Shown piece by piece: positions 22,320 through 32,396 of a stretch of DNA of 64,000 nucleotides. Position numbers and translations under genes: made by a program. The notes below the pieces were generated by a model. The model saw nothing but the letters and a program-made list of their open reading frames with translations. It had not been told where the DNA came from and searched no databases. The DNA lies in the IMG/VR virus record IMGVR_UViG_3300031772_000002, positions 100,447 to 164,446 of that record; one strand, 5' to 3'. Numbering within the stretch: position 1 is the first letter of the stretch; each line of letters opens with the position of its first letter. This DNA is from a virus.

Positions 22320-23174
22320 ATGTCAGCTGGAATGAACTCTTTTCATATAGTTGATGGTGTACTAACACTTCTTGATGAATATACAGAAGCCACTTCTCAA
22401 TGGGGAACTTCTATTTGCGGGAATTCTAATTATGTATTTTTATCAGAATACGGTTATCCAGCTTATGACCCTGCTTATTATACTCAAGGATTGATTACTT
22501 ATGGAGAATATAATATTTCATGCCTATGTTTTAATGAAGTTACTATGGAAAAATCATTTCTTCCTAAACTAACTTCACCATTAGTAAATAATGGAGATAA
22601 TAGTTTTGTTGAAAATATTGATTTGGATATAGTTGGTAATCCACGTATATTTATGGGAGAAACTGTAGATATAGGTCCTTATGAAGTTCCATTACATATT
22701 TTTACATTAACTTCAGATAAATTACAATCAGTACATCAAAATATTTTAACTTTAGATGAAACTAATGAATTATTTATTTCACAAAATCCTATTATTATTT
22801 ATAAAGATTTATGGAATCAATTCGACAATTTAACAGATAGAAAAGAATTTATTCGTGGAGCTAAAATAATATTAAAATTCAAAATTATAGATCCTCCTAT
22901 AAAATTATTTAATGATAAAGAAGATATTTATTTAACTGAATTTGAAGCATATTTAGATGCAAAGAATTTATCTATTATATTTACTAAAACACAACAAAAT
23001 TTAGGTTATTTTCTTAGTACAATATTTGATGACGGTCGTTATATTTTTAAGTTTGATGAATCAATACATAAATTGTATGTTTATATAAATTATACATATA
23101 ACAAAGGTAAGTCAGGAAAAAACAATATTGTAAATGAAGTAAGAATTGGTGGATCTTCAATTATTAATTGGTGA
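22320..23174 (+). CDS. Last propeller blade, choice-of-anchor-Q-like motif and C-terminal domain
   Basis: SPLVNNG...DIVGNPR...VDIGPYE. Confidence 0.7.
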   Translation: MSAGMNSFHIVDGVLTLLDEYTEATSQWGTSICGNSNYVFLSEYGYPAYDPAYYTQGLITYGEYNISCLCFNEVTMEKSFLPKLTSPLVNNGDNSFVENIDLDIVGNPRIFMGETVDIGPYEVPLHIFTLTSDKLQSVHQNILTLDETNELFISQNPIIIYKDLWNQFDNLTDRKEFIRGAKIILKFKIIDPPIKLFNDKEDIYLTEFEAYLDAKNLSIIFTKTQQNLGYFLSTIFDDGRYIFKFDESIHKLYVYINYTYNKGKSGKNNIVNEVRIGGSSIINW

Positions 23175-23178
23175 AAAA

Positions 23179-26100
23179 ATGAAAAGATTTATTAATCCAA
23201 AGCGTCAAACTATACATAATAAAGCAATTACTGACTTTACTAAAAATACTCATGTAATTACTTCTGGATTTGTCAAAGGATACTCATCAAATAAATTTTC
23301 ATGGATTGCCGATTATTTGTTCAAACATAAAGGCAATGTTTCTATAAAACCTCATACCTGTTATACGGGATTTTTTAGTGAACGTGATATCTTACAAAAC
23401 GAATATGGAAATGTATTTGATTTATATAATCGATATCCTTTTTTAAGTGATTATAATTATTCCATTTTTCCTAAAAATTATTTTGAATTATCTACAAAAC
23501 AATATTTTAAAATAGGTCAAAAACTATCAGAATATGATACTATTGAATTTATAAATTTTTCAAATATAGATGATCCAATTCCTGATGATTTAATTGTTGA
23601 CTATTTACCAACTTATAACATATCGCATAACTATTACAGAGTTCCGGCTTTTTATGCTCAAGGATATAAATTAGATCTCGATCAAGCTATTGAAGGAAAT
23701 GATTTTAAAGATTGGACTTACTATTATCGTTATGTATTTACAAATAAATCTTTTATAACTAATTACACCGTAAACGTTAATAATTTCATTATTACATTAC
23801 TTGAATCTGAAGAAGATATTTATAAAATTTATAATGGTATGATTAATGAAACAATGCAAGCAATATTTGAAGATCAAGATCCTGAAAGAATATTTAACTA
23901 TAATGGATCACTTGATTCTGAATTTTTTTATTTTAACGAATCTTTAATGCATTGGTCAATTAACAATAATAATATAATGGCTGGAACGGAAAAATATTAT
24001 CCATATTTTGGATTTGTACAAAAGTTTAATGAAAATATGGAATATATAATTGATCCTTATGAATCACCATCTTTAGATTTATTCTTTCCAGAAGTTTGTA
24101 AAAATGGAGCCATTGAACCTTCTAAAATTATAATAAATTGGAATAACGAACAAAAAGGATCTCTGGCATATAATCCATGCATACATATGGGATTATTTAA
24201 TGATCAATCTCGTATGGTATATAATGTATGTAAACATATGTTAAGAAGGATTGGCCCAGAAGATCCTGTAACATTAAAATCATTATTTGAACTTAAAAAG
24301 AATGGAGAATATACAACCGATATAATACTTTATGGCATTGACACTGAAACTGAAAGAAATAGAAGAAATTCTGCAGTTGTTACTACCGAACCTTATATGA
24401 TAGCAAAGCCAATAGCAGATGGGCAATTTGTAAATATATCATTTATAAATTATAACGGAACTCCTATTTGTAGAACTGAGGATATGGAATTTTTAAGAGA
24501 TCCAGCTATTTACTTAAAAATAAAAGCATCTTCATCATTTTTTAAAGATTTAAATTATTATTTATCTCTCAATGATTATAATACAGATATTATAAATACT
24601 ATTTTTATAAAAAATCCACGAGCACATAGTTCAAATTTTAACTCTGCAGATGAACATCATTCTTATGAAGACTTCGGATCTGATCCTTATTCACTCCTTA
24701 TGCGTCAAGAATATTGTCTTGATGATTTTGTTTATGGATATATAGGAACAGAATCTGAAGATAATGATAAAGGAATACATATTGAATTTTGGATTGATCC
24801 CGTTGGAAATCAAATATATAATTATAGCAATTCTAAAATAAAAGTAAATGGAGCAGGATTCTATTGCAATACAATTATTGATGGTGATAAAAAAATATTG
24901 CCTGAACATAACGAATATCTTGTTTTGTATTGTTCCAATTATTCTCCAACAAGTTCTCCTCATAAAAATGATAATACTCAAACTCCTATTCCAAATACAT
25001 TAATTAAATTATTTACAGATTCTGAAACATCAATAATTTCAAAAATTTCTGAAAATGAAAAATTTAAACCAATGATTAAACTTCCTGGAATCAACGGTTA
25101 TATTAAAATATTAGAACAAAATAATCATTTTAAAATATCAAGAGCGTCGGACGGGGACTATGAAATAATTTATAATGTAGAATTTCCATTTTGTCCAGGA
25201 TCGTATATTGAACGCCTTACTATGCGTTTCAATGATGATCATCCATATATACCATTACAAGTATTATATAAAGCAAATTATATTAATGCAGGATCATGCA
25301 AATCAACGGTAGAAGAGGGAAGCACATACGATTCAACAAATGAACGATATGCTCCAATTGCTGATGATTGTTTTGTTCCTCATCAAATTTTTAGAAACCA
25401 TCAATTTTCAATATACGGAAAAGATATTGATTTGGATAGTAATATAATAAGCAATTCTTATTTCCCAGATTTAAGCGATATTGAAACATTCATACATCAT
25501 GACGAAGATGCTTCTTATGTATTTCCATATGGAAAGCCCGAACCATCATATACAAATGATTCTATTGTATATATCAACGAAAAGGTATTATATCCCGAAC
25601 ATGCTATATTAAAATCTATTGATGAAGAATTAATGACAATAGTAAAACCTGATTATGAAAATTATAAACATCATGGAATGTATACATTAATTCTTTCTGA
25701 GAATGGAAATAATGAAAAATTTACTCTTCCATTCTTTTCAAGTGATATAAAAATATTATTACAAGTAAGTAATGCTGTATGGAAATTTAATAATAATTAT
25801 ATTTCTTATATTGGAAATGAATATCCAGCTAATATTTTTAAAATTAATGTTTCAACTATTTTTAAAGATTTCACTACATACCAAAAGGACCATGGAGCAA
25901 TCCCTGATGCCAAAAGGTGGCTATATTCCTATTTCAAAGGATTTGCTTACATGGCCTCTATTGTTGATAACCCTCAATCAAATCAAAATTATACCAATAT
26001 TAATAATGAAAATTTATTAGCAACATATGATTCAAATTCAAATATAGTTATTGAAATATGGGATTCAAAATCAAATATAGGCAATGATAAAAAAGGAAAT

Positions 26101-26877
26101 TGGAGACCATTATCTATTGTTATTACCGATAATAAGAAAAAATTTGGAGAATTAATTATTGACAATTTAATAATACTAAATAATATTACTCCTGCATTAG
26201 TTGAAGGGGCTTTAGATGTATGGAAGGTTTATGCAACATATTGTAACAATCCTATATGGTTTATACCATCGGATATTAATAACTATATAAATGGAAAAAA
26301 TAATTTAGTACTATATAATCCAATTTCTAATGTAAATGAAACTAATTTTCATATAGCTTATGTTGAAAGTAGCATTGTTTCAGATGTTAATACAATTACT
26401 TTATATGTACGATACGATGGAGATTTAATAACAGATTGGGCTGATGTAATTTATTCAATAGAAAATATTCCAAGCTATGGAAGTCTTTCTATTTATAAAC
26501 CATTAACAAATATTAGTAAAAATCCTGACTTTATTATAAAATCAAATAAAATGTTTAATGCTGAAAATGTTATTCGATATCTTGATATGAGATCATTAAT
26601 AGGATTAAATGGATTTTCAGATTTTGATAGATATGTTCAGGATGATTTTATATTTTTTAGAACTAGAATCCGTAGAACTAACGATTACCCAGCAAGTTAT
26701 ATTGATGAAGATTATAGTGAAATACAATATATTGGTAATCCCAATCCTCCAAATACAAGATATAGTCCATGGTATAAAGATGGTGATTTCGATAATGTTT
26801 TTACATGGAGTAAATTAAAATTTAGTGAATATATTAATAAATTTGGAATGTCTTATTTTAAATGTGCATCAAAATAG
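23179..26877 (+). CDS. Large hypothetical structural protein
   Basis: Long ORF; ATG at 23179 preferred over the overlapping start at 23146. Confidence 0.7.
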   Translation: MKRFINPKRQTIHNKAITDFTKNTHVITSGFVKGYSSNKFSWIADYLFKHKGNVSIKPHTCYTGFFSERDILQNEYGNVFDLYNRYPFLSDYNYSIFPKNYFELSTKQYFKIGQKLSEYDTIEFINFSNIDDPIPDDLIVDYLPTYNISHNYYRVPAFYAQGYKLDLDQAIEGNDFKDWTYYYRYVFTNKSFITNYTVNVNNFIITLLESEEDIYKIYNGMINETMQAIFEDQDPERIFNYNGSLDSEFFYFNESLMHWSINNNNIMAGTEKYYPYFGFVQKFNENMEYIIDPYESPSLDLFFPEVCKNGAIEPSKIIINWNNEQKGSLAYNPCIHMGLFNDQSRMVYNVCKHMLRRIGPEDPVTLKSLFELKKNGEYTTDIILYGIDTETERNRRNSAVVTTEPYMIAKPIADGQFVNISFINYNGTPICRTEDMEFLRDPAIYLKIKASSSFFKDLNYYLSLNDYNTDIINTIFIKNPRAHSSNFNSADEHHSYEDFGSDPYSLLMRQEYCLDDFVYGYIGTESEDNDKGIHIEFWIDPVGNQIYNYSNSKIKVNGAGFYCNTIIDGDKKILPEHNEYLVLYCSNYSPTSSPHKNDNTQTPIPNTLIKLFTDSETSIISKISENEKFKPMIKLPGINGYIKILEQNNHFKISRASDGDYEIIYNVEFPFCPGSYIERLTMRFNDDHPYIPLQVLYKANYINAGSCKSTVEEGSTYDSTNERYAPIADDCFVPHQIFRNHQFSIYGKDIDLDSNIISNSYFPDLSDIETFIHHDEDASYVFPYGKPEPSYTNDSIVYINEKVLYPEHAILKSIDEELMTIVKPDYENYKHHGMYTLILSENGNNEKFTLPFFSSDIKILLQVSNAVWKFNNNYISYIGNEYPANIFKINVSTIFKDFTTYQKDHGAIPDAKRWLYSYFKGFAYMASIVDNPQSNQNYTNINNENLLATYDSNSNIVIEIWDSKSNIGNDKKGNWRPLSIVITDNKKKFGELIIDNLIILNNITPALVEGALDVWKVYATYCNNPIWFIPSDINNYINGKNNLVLYNPISNVNETNFHIAYVESSIVSDVNTITLYVRYDGDLITDWADVIYSIENIPSYGSLSIYKPLTNISKNPDFIIKSNKMFNAENVIRYLDMRSLIGLNGFSDFDRYVQDDFIFFRTRIRRTNDYPASYIDEDYSEIQYIGNPNPPNTRYSPWYKDGDFDNVFTWSKLKFSEYINKFGMSYFKCASK

Positions 26878-26909
26878 AATTGTTAAAATGAAATAAATAT
26901 TGTATATTT

Positions 26910-27135
26910 GTTAATGGAGCCTATATCAGATAGTTGACAAGCTATAAGAATTTATAAAATCTTTATAAGTTCAAGGCTTCGAGGATCAGTTGGCGAGTAA
27001 GCCCGTCTGCTTCGGGTGAAGTCCAACTACGTTAGCCAACACAAAGAACGTCAGGATGTGTTCAGTCCTGAATAATTCGTTGGCGACATTTCCGAGGACA
27101 CCAATGACAGGGAAACCTGTTTAAACCTTAAATGG
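26910..27135 (+). ncRNA. omega-RNA (HEARO/OMEGA) scaffold
   Basis: GC-richer structured leader with CTACGTT, CAGGATG...CAGTCCTG and ACATT.CCGAGG motifs, directly 5' of an RRXRR ORF. Confidence 0.7.
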
Positions 27136-27142
27136 GAGTTTT

Positions 27143-28072
27143 ATGAAAGTATTTGTAATCGATCACGAAGGAAGTCCATGCCTTCCAACCAAGCCTCGAA
27201 GAGCAAGGCAGTTACTTGATCAGGGAAAGGCGAGAGTTAAGCAGGTAGTACCATTTGTTATTCAACTCACTCGAAAGATTGATAATCCTATTGGATCTTT
27301 TGAAATGGGTGTAGACGATGGATCTAAACATGTGGGAATTGCCATCAAGAATACAAAAACTGATGAAATTGTTTTCAGAGCACAACTTGACCATAGGCAA
27401 GATGTAAGTAGAAAAATTGAACAAAAGAAGAATTATCGCAAGGCTCGAAGATTCAGACTGAGGTGCAGAAAACCAAGATTTGATAATCGGACGGCAAAAG
27501 ACAAGTTGGCACCAAGTATAAGGCAGAAGAAAGAAACTGTTATTCGAGTTATTAAGGATATGCGTAAAAGATTGAATATTGTTAAGATTACTGTTGAAGA
27601 AATTTTTTTTAATCATGCTAAACATAATTATGGAAAGTTCTTTTCTTTGGTAGAAATAGGTAAAAAATATTTAAGAAAACAAATTGAGTCCATGGGTTTA
27701 GTTTATGAATACACTAAAGGTTTTATCACTAAAGAATCCCGTATTGTTTTGGGATTAAGCAAAAAACACAGCAATGATGCATGTGCTATTTTAAAAAGTA
27801 ATAAAATAAATTGTATAGAGTATTTTATTAAACCCAGAAGAACTAAGATTTGGGAATTAAATCCTACTAAAATTTGTATGGAAAAGAATGGATTCAGACA
27901 TTACGATCTTGTTAAAACTATCCACATAACAAGAGGTGTTGTTATAGGATCTGTAAGAAGTTTGAAAGCAAAATGTCTTACAGTAAGAACCAGATTTAAT
28001 GATAATTTTTCTGTTTCTTATAACAAGAGCAGTGTATTACAAAGGTTTTGTGGATTAATTTATACTTATTAG
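27143..28072 (+). CDS. isrB: IsrB (HNH-less IscB homologue; RRXRR domain RNA-guided nickase)
   Basis: PCLPT (PLMP-like), RuvC-I GVDDGSK, Arg-rich bridge helix RKARRFRLRCRKPRFDNR, RuvC-II VEE, RuvC-III HSNDA; no HNH; 309 aa. Confidence 0.85.
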   Translation: MKVFVIDHEGSPCLPTKPRRARQLLDQGKARVKQVVPFVIQLTRKIDNPIGSFEMGVDDGSKHVGIAIKNTKTDEIVFRAQLDHRQDVSRKIEQKKNYRKARRFRLRCRKPRFDNRTAKDKLAPSIRQKKETVIRVIKDMRKRLNIVKITVEEIFFNHAKHNYGKFFSLVEIGKKYLRKQIESMGLVYEYTKGFITKESRIVLGLSKKHSNDACAILKSNKINCIEYFIKPRRTKIWELNPTKICMEKNGFRHYDLVKTIHITRGVVIGSVRSLKAKCLTVRTRFNDNFSVSYNKSSVLQRFCGLIYTY

Positions 28073-28088
28073 GAGCCAAAAGGACTCC

Positions 28089-29201
28089 TTGATAAGTTTT
28101 TATAACTTATCTAAACAAAGTATTGTGTCAAATATTAGAGCAAAATCAATAGAAGGCCATATTACAGATAGTGCAGGTAATGTTTTAAGAAACGCTTCAA
28201 TAGTAATAAAACTTGCAACTCCTGTTACCGGTTCAATAGTTGTTGACACTATAATTTCTGATGAAGATGGTTATTTTAAATCAACCCCACTTCAAAATGG
28301 TGTATATGATATATACGAATCTGGAATTAATATATCAAAATTAATACATATAGCATGCCCAGGATCTATACCCTGTTTTAAACCTAATATTTATAATTAT
28401 ATTCAAACATTAATAAAAAATTTCACATTACTTGCTTCAGAACAAAAATTATATGAATTTAAATATTTTATTCAAATAGAACCTGAAGAAACTGATGTAG
28501 AAACTCTAGGAAATACTTATCCAATATATAACCATGATATTGTTGATGAAGTAACTGAAGATTTATATTCTTTATCAAAATTTTTTCAATTTACATCTGA
28601 AAGTAGAATTACAACTACACGATTTGATATTGAATATTTTTCACCAATAACTGCGTCTTCTAAATCATATAAAAGAATACGATGGGCAGGAGTTCCTGGA
28701 ATAAGATTTTTTAATGATTCAAAAATTGTTGTTCCTATTGATTACTTATCAATAGTTCCAAGCTTACCAAAATATTTTTTTAACTATGAGGATGAAATTA
28801 TAAATATAGATTATGAAGGTTTAGGATTAATTTTAGAACCTTCAGGAGAGATAACTCAATTTTCAGTCGATGTTCAAAATATATTTATCGGAGATATAAT
28901 TAAAGTAATAAATGATGACATTGATAATACATATGTATATTGTATTGTAGATGATGTTTTCAAAGGAGAAAGTGAACAATCTGTTATATTGGAAAAATTA
29001 AAATCATCTCGATTTACAAGTACATATACTCCTGAAATGAATGAAGTTAGAATTAAATCTATAGAAGTATTTGATGGAATATTTCAAGGAATTACAGAAA
29101 TTAACGATGGTGTAAACGAAAAATTTTGTGTTGTAGAAAATACTTACGCACAAAATAATAATACTGAATTATATAATTATAATGCAGTACCATTAATTTA
29201 A
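28089..29201 (+). CDS. Carboxypeptidase-regulatory-like (transthyretin-fold) domain protein
   Basis: IEGHITDSAGNVLRNASI...SDEDGYF...LQNGVYDI; true start may be GTG 28125. Confidence 0.65.
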   Translation: MISFYNLSKQSIVSNIRAKSIEGHITDSAGNVLRNASIVIKLATPVTGSIVVDTIISDEDGYFKSTPLQNGVYDIYESGINISKLIHIACPGSIPCFKPNIYNYIQTLIKNFTLLASEQKLYEFKYFIQIEPEETDVETLGNTYPIYNHDIVDEVTEDLYSLSKFFQFTSESRITTTRFDIEYFSPITASSKSYKRIRWAGVPGIRFFNDSKIVVPIDYLSIVPSLPKYFFNYEDEIINIDYEGLGLILEPSGEITQFSVDVQNIFIGDIIKVINDDIDNTYVYCIVDDVFKGESEQSVILEKLKSSRFTSTYTPEMNEVRIKSIEVFDGIFQGITEINDGVNEKFCVVENTYAQNNNTELYNYNAVPLI

Positions 29202-29219
29202 TCTCATAAATAATGAAGG

Positions 29220-29600
29220 GTGGATCTAATGATACAAGAGCAGATTAGTAAAAATATGGCTATTTCCTATTTATTAAAACATAGTGAGTTACGGCCTGAT
29301 GCAACTAAAAAATTATTTGAACGTCTTGAGCAATGCGACAAAGTTGCTTCAAATATTAATCAAGCATACGAAAATGCTGAAAAAACAATAACTGAACTTG
29401 GAAATCAACTTTTAACTGTTAAAGGATCAATACAAGCAATCGTTGGAATAATTGGTGACACAATTGATAAAAATTTATTAACTGAATTATCAAAAAAATA
29501 TATTGAAGAAAAGAAATTAAATAACGATTCCATTCAACCAGAAGTAAATAATAAAAACGAAGTTCTGGACATTGCAGGCAGTACTTTAAAATCAAAATAA
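29220..29600 (+). CDS. Coiled-coil hypothetical protein
   Basis: Heptad-rich ORF in operon. Confidence 0.6.
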   Translation: MDLMIQEQISKNMAISYLLKHSELRPDATKKLFERLEQCDKVASNINQAYENAEKTITELGNQLLTVKGSIQAIVGIIGDTIDKNLLTELSKKYIEEKKLNNDSIQPEVNNKNEVLDIAGSTLKSK

Positions 29601-29619
29601 TTTAAGAACTGGATTAATT

Positions 29620-30417
29620 ATGAAACGTGTTAACATACGTAATGGGCTTAATCAAAGAATGCATGAGATTCTTGGAACTGATTATGAAACTATAGAAAAT
29701 AGTCAAAATATTCCTAATATAACTCCATGGTCTATACAGGCCGCAATGATTTCCAATATGCGTAGAATAGTTTCTGCTATTGTTGGAAGTATTCCTGGGA
29801 GAGCAATGTATGGATTATTTATGACTAAAACAACATCAAATTCAATATTAATAAGTTCCGGTTATGGATTTACTCAAAATGGAAATATTATTGTTTTGGA
29901 AACTCCAATAAATTTTACTATTGATGAAAGTGTTAATACAAAACATGTTTACTTAAAACATATTATGTCTTTTATTGATGGAGATGTATATAATGATGGT
30001 AAAAAAACTGGTTTTTATAACAAACCAGGATTAGAAGATATTGTTTATGATGATTTGGCAGCTTCTAAAAAAAGTGATGTAAATAGTGTAGCTAATAGCA
30101 TAGTAGAAATAACAGACAGTAGCACTAATACAAACTATGATGTAGTATATCTTGGAAGTTTAACATTTACAGATAATGTAATTACAACAGTTTATAATTC
30201 AGAACTTAGGGGATTTGAACCAAATAATATTTATGGAGATCTTTTTCAAGTTAAAAAATTTAATTGTAATCAGGAAGCGTTCTTTAATGGGAACGCTTCA
30301 TTTTATGGAGGCATATCAATTTTAGACGCTACATCATGTGAATTAAAAGTCTTAGATATTGAAGAAAATGAAAAAACATTAACATTTGTAAATGGTATAT
30401 TAATGTCTATAGAATAA
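29620..30417 (+). CDS. Hypothetical baseplate/tail-associated protein
   Basis: GL.....ILISSGYGF..NG..I.L pattern; context. Confidence 0.5.
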   Translation: MKRVNIRNGLNQRMHEILGTDYETIENSQNIPNITPWSIQAAMISNMRRIVSAIVGSIPGRAMYGLFMTKTTSNSILISSGYGFTQNGNIIVLETPINFTIDESVNTKHVYLKHIMSFIDGDVYNDGKKTGFYNKPGLEDIVYDDLAASKKSDVNSVANSIVEITDSSTNTNYDVVYLGSLTFTDNVITTVYNSELRGFEPNNIYGDLFQVKKFNCNQEAFFNGNASFYGGISILDATSCELKVLDIEENEKTLTFVNGILMSIE

Positions 30418-30435
30418 TTTTTACAGGAGATACTT

Positions 30436-31113
30436 ATGCATTTTGCATTACACGACAAATATCCAATTGAAACAAAAGAACATGTTAAAACTGCTATGGA
30501 TTATTTTAGCAAATACATGTCAAGATTTGATCACAATGATAGAGTTGAATTTTCTTGTAATATAGAAAAAAGAGCAAATGAATTAAATATTCCAGTTGAT
30601 AAAGATTGGATTAATAATTATACTCGTATATTAAATAAAAATGCAGCCCTATCTCCAGATTTTAAAAATAATATTAATAAAAGAAAAACAATTTGTAAAA
30701 GTAGTGGAAAGCATATAAAAACAGCTTCAGGAAAAATTGATGCATGTGAAATCCTTGATAAGATAGCTGAAATTGGAAATAAAGTTTCTCCAATAGCTTT
30801 AATTAAAACTATTGAAGAATTCGATAAAAAAGCAGGATTGCAATATGAATATGATAAAACCATTCTCGATCCTGTTATGACAGTGTGCGGAAGCCTTATT
30901 AATTCAGAATATGATGCAGTTAAAATTGCAGGAGATATTACAGATTATAAAATATTTAAACTATCAAAAAATTCAGAAGCTATACAAAAATTAGCAAGTG
31001 CATTTGGAGATAAGTTTATTAATGAATTTAAAAACAATCCAATTGAAACTATTATTAACTTAAATGATATTGAAAAAGAACATTTTGTTAATAATATTTC
31101 GAGATTTTTATGA
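30436..31113 (+). CDS. Hypothetical head-associated protein
   Basis: AGGAG RBS; KTA/KIA/KLA tripeptides; close to portal. Confidence 0.55.
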   Translation: MHFALHDKYPIETKEHVKTAMDYFSKYMSRFDHNDRVEFSCNIEKRANELNIPVDKDWINNYTRILNKNAALSPDFKNNINKRKTICKSSGKHIKTASGKIDACEILDKIAEIGNKVSPIALIKTIEEFDKKAGLQYEYDKTILDPVMTVCGSLINSEYDAVKIAGDITDYKIFKLSKNSEAIQKLASAFGDKFINEFKNNPIETIINLNDIEKEHFVNNISRFL

Positions 31114-31595
31114 TTAAAATTTCTGAAATTACAGGTCTAAAGTTGATAAGTTGGAGTTGGCCGGATTCACAGCCACTTGTAAATAATTTATTTATTTTGG
31201 ATAAAATACACGAATATCAGATTAAATTAATTTTACAAGATAAAAGTTATATAGTTATTCTTACCATACCTGATAAATTTTTACATGATAAACGTTCAAC
31301 TCCTAAATTATTATGGTTTACTCGTCCACGTGATGGAAGATCGGAAGTTGCTGCATTAATACATGATTTATTATATCGAACAAAAGGAATGACAAAAAAT
31401 CTTGATATTGGAGGAAGTTGTACATGCGAAGGAGAGATTATAACTTTTAATCGTAAAGCTTGTGATCAAATATATAAGTATGTGTACCAAGAAACTGCTC
31501 CTGAAAAATCTAGCGAAGCAAGCAGAGATTACTTTTGGCTACGAGTATTTGGAGCACAGCATTTTGGGAGACGAACTCCTCCAGCAGCAAAATAA
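31110..31595 (+). CDS. DUF1353-like protein
   Basis: IP..F..D..S.P......AALIHDLLY...RK.CD. Confidence 0.75.
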   Translation: MIKISEITGLKLISWSWPDSQPLVNNLFILDKIHEYQIKLILQDKSYIVILTIPDKFLHDKRSTPKLLWFTRPRDGRSEVAALIHDLLYRTKGMTKNLDIGGSCTCEGEIITFNRKACDQIYKYVYQETAPEKSSEASRDYFWLRVFGAQHFGRRTPPAAK

Positions 31596-31632
31596 ATCGA
31601 TTATTAATAAGTTAAAAGTGATATAGCGCATT

Positions 31633-32379
31633 ATGACATGTAAACTATCAGAACAACTTCATACTGCTACCCTACTTAACGATCAAAAAACAATTGATCG
31701 TATACATGAAGAAATTAATTCAATAGAATGCTTAAAAAAAGAATCATCCGATATTTCCTCATGGAAAATAAATACTGTATTAAATAACGATAAATCTTCA
31801 GCTTTAAAAGTTTATGATTTTTTAAATAAATCATTAGGTAATGATTGGTGGGAATGGGAAATAGAAACTATAGATAGAATATTATTTATCAATTATGCGA
31901 CAGTCCTTGAAGATATTAACAGGGATAAAGTTCTCGCAATTAGACATTTATGCAGGAATGATGCAGCATTTTTTGATTGGTATGAATTTAATCAATTGGC
32001 TTTAGCTTTTTCAAGTTGTATTGCTGATTTTGATTTTTTAAGATATCCATCACCAGGCATGATAATTAATACCATATTTTGTATGAATGGTATTCGTCCT
32101 GATAGAAATGGAGATTTTGGAATAGATGTAAAAAAATATATATGTATTATATTAATAAATGATGGTATATATACCCCTCCACCATCTATTTTTAAATTAA
32201 TAAAAGATATAATGAAAAATATGGTATCAAATGAAGTATCAAATTTATGGATAAATATTCTCGAACAGTACAATAAATTTATTGATAAAGATTATGAAAA
32301 TATTAATGAAGATATTATTACAATTCAAGCTCAAAGAATTTTAAAAGCTGAATTATCAGCACGAGAATATGGCATTTAA
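31633..32379 (+). CDS. Hypothetical protein adjacent to portal
   Basis: 248-aa ORF in operon. Confidence 0.65.
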   Translation: MTCKLSEQLHTATLLNDQKTIDRIHEEINSIECLKKESSDISSWKINTVLNNDKSSALKVYDFLNKSLGNDWWEWEIETIDRILFINYATVLEDINRDKVLAIRHLCRNDAAFFDWYEFNQLALAFSSCIADFDFLRYPSPGMIINTIFCMNGIRPDRNGDFGIDVKKYICIILINDGIYTPPPSIFKLIKDIMKNMVSNEVSNLWINILEQYNKFIDKDYENINEDIITIQAQRILKAELSAREYGI

Positions 32380-32396
32380 TATAAGGAATAAAATTT

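Larger units (their letters stand above)
26910..28091 (+). mobile_element. Non-autonomous IS200/IS605-superfamily element carrying isrB and omega-RNA
   Basis: Starts GTTAATGGAGCC (stem with AGGCTTC at 26974-26980); ends in hairpin AGGAGCC-AAAA-GGACTCCTTG followed by ATAA (reverse complement TTAT); 5' boundary approximate. Confidence 0.65.

Noticed and set aside
10895-22322. Simple TAA read-through joining the adhesin ORFs
   Set aside because: Only two of five junctions are in frame, and TAA is the main stop codon in the window
26914-28094. Group I intron/IStron joining ATG 26914 to the 28089 ORF
   Set aside because: An in-frame join is possible, but the ATG lies within the first omega-RNA stem and no group I core (P7) was recognisable
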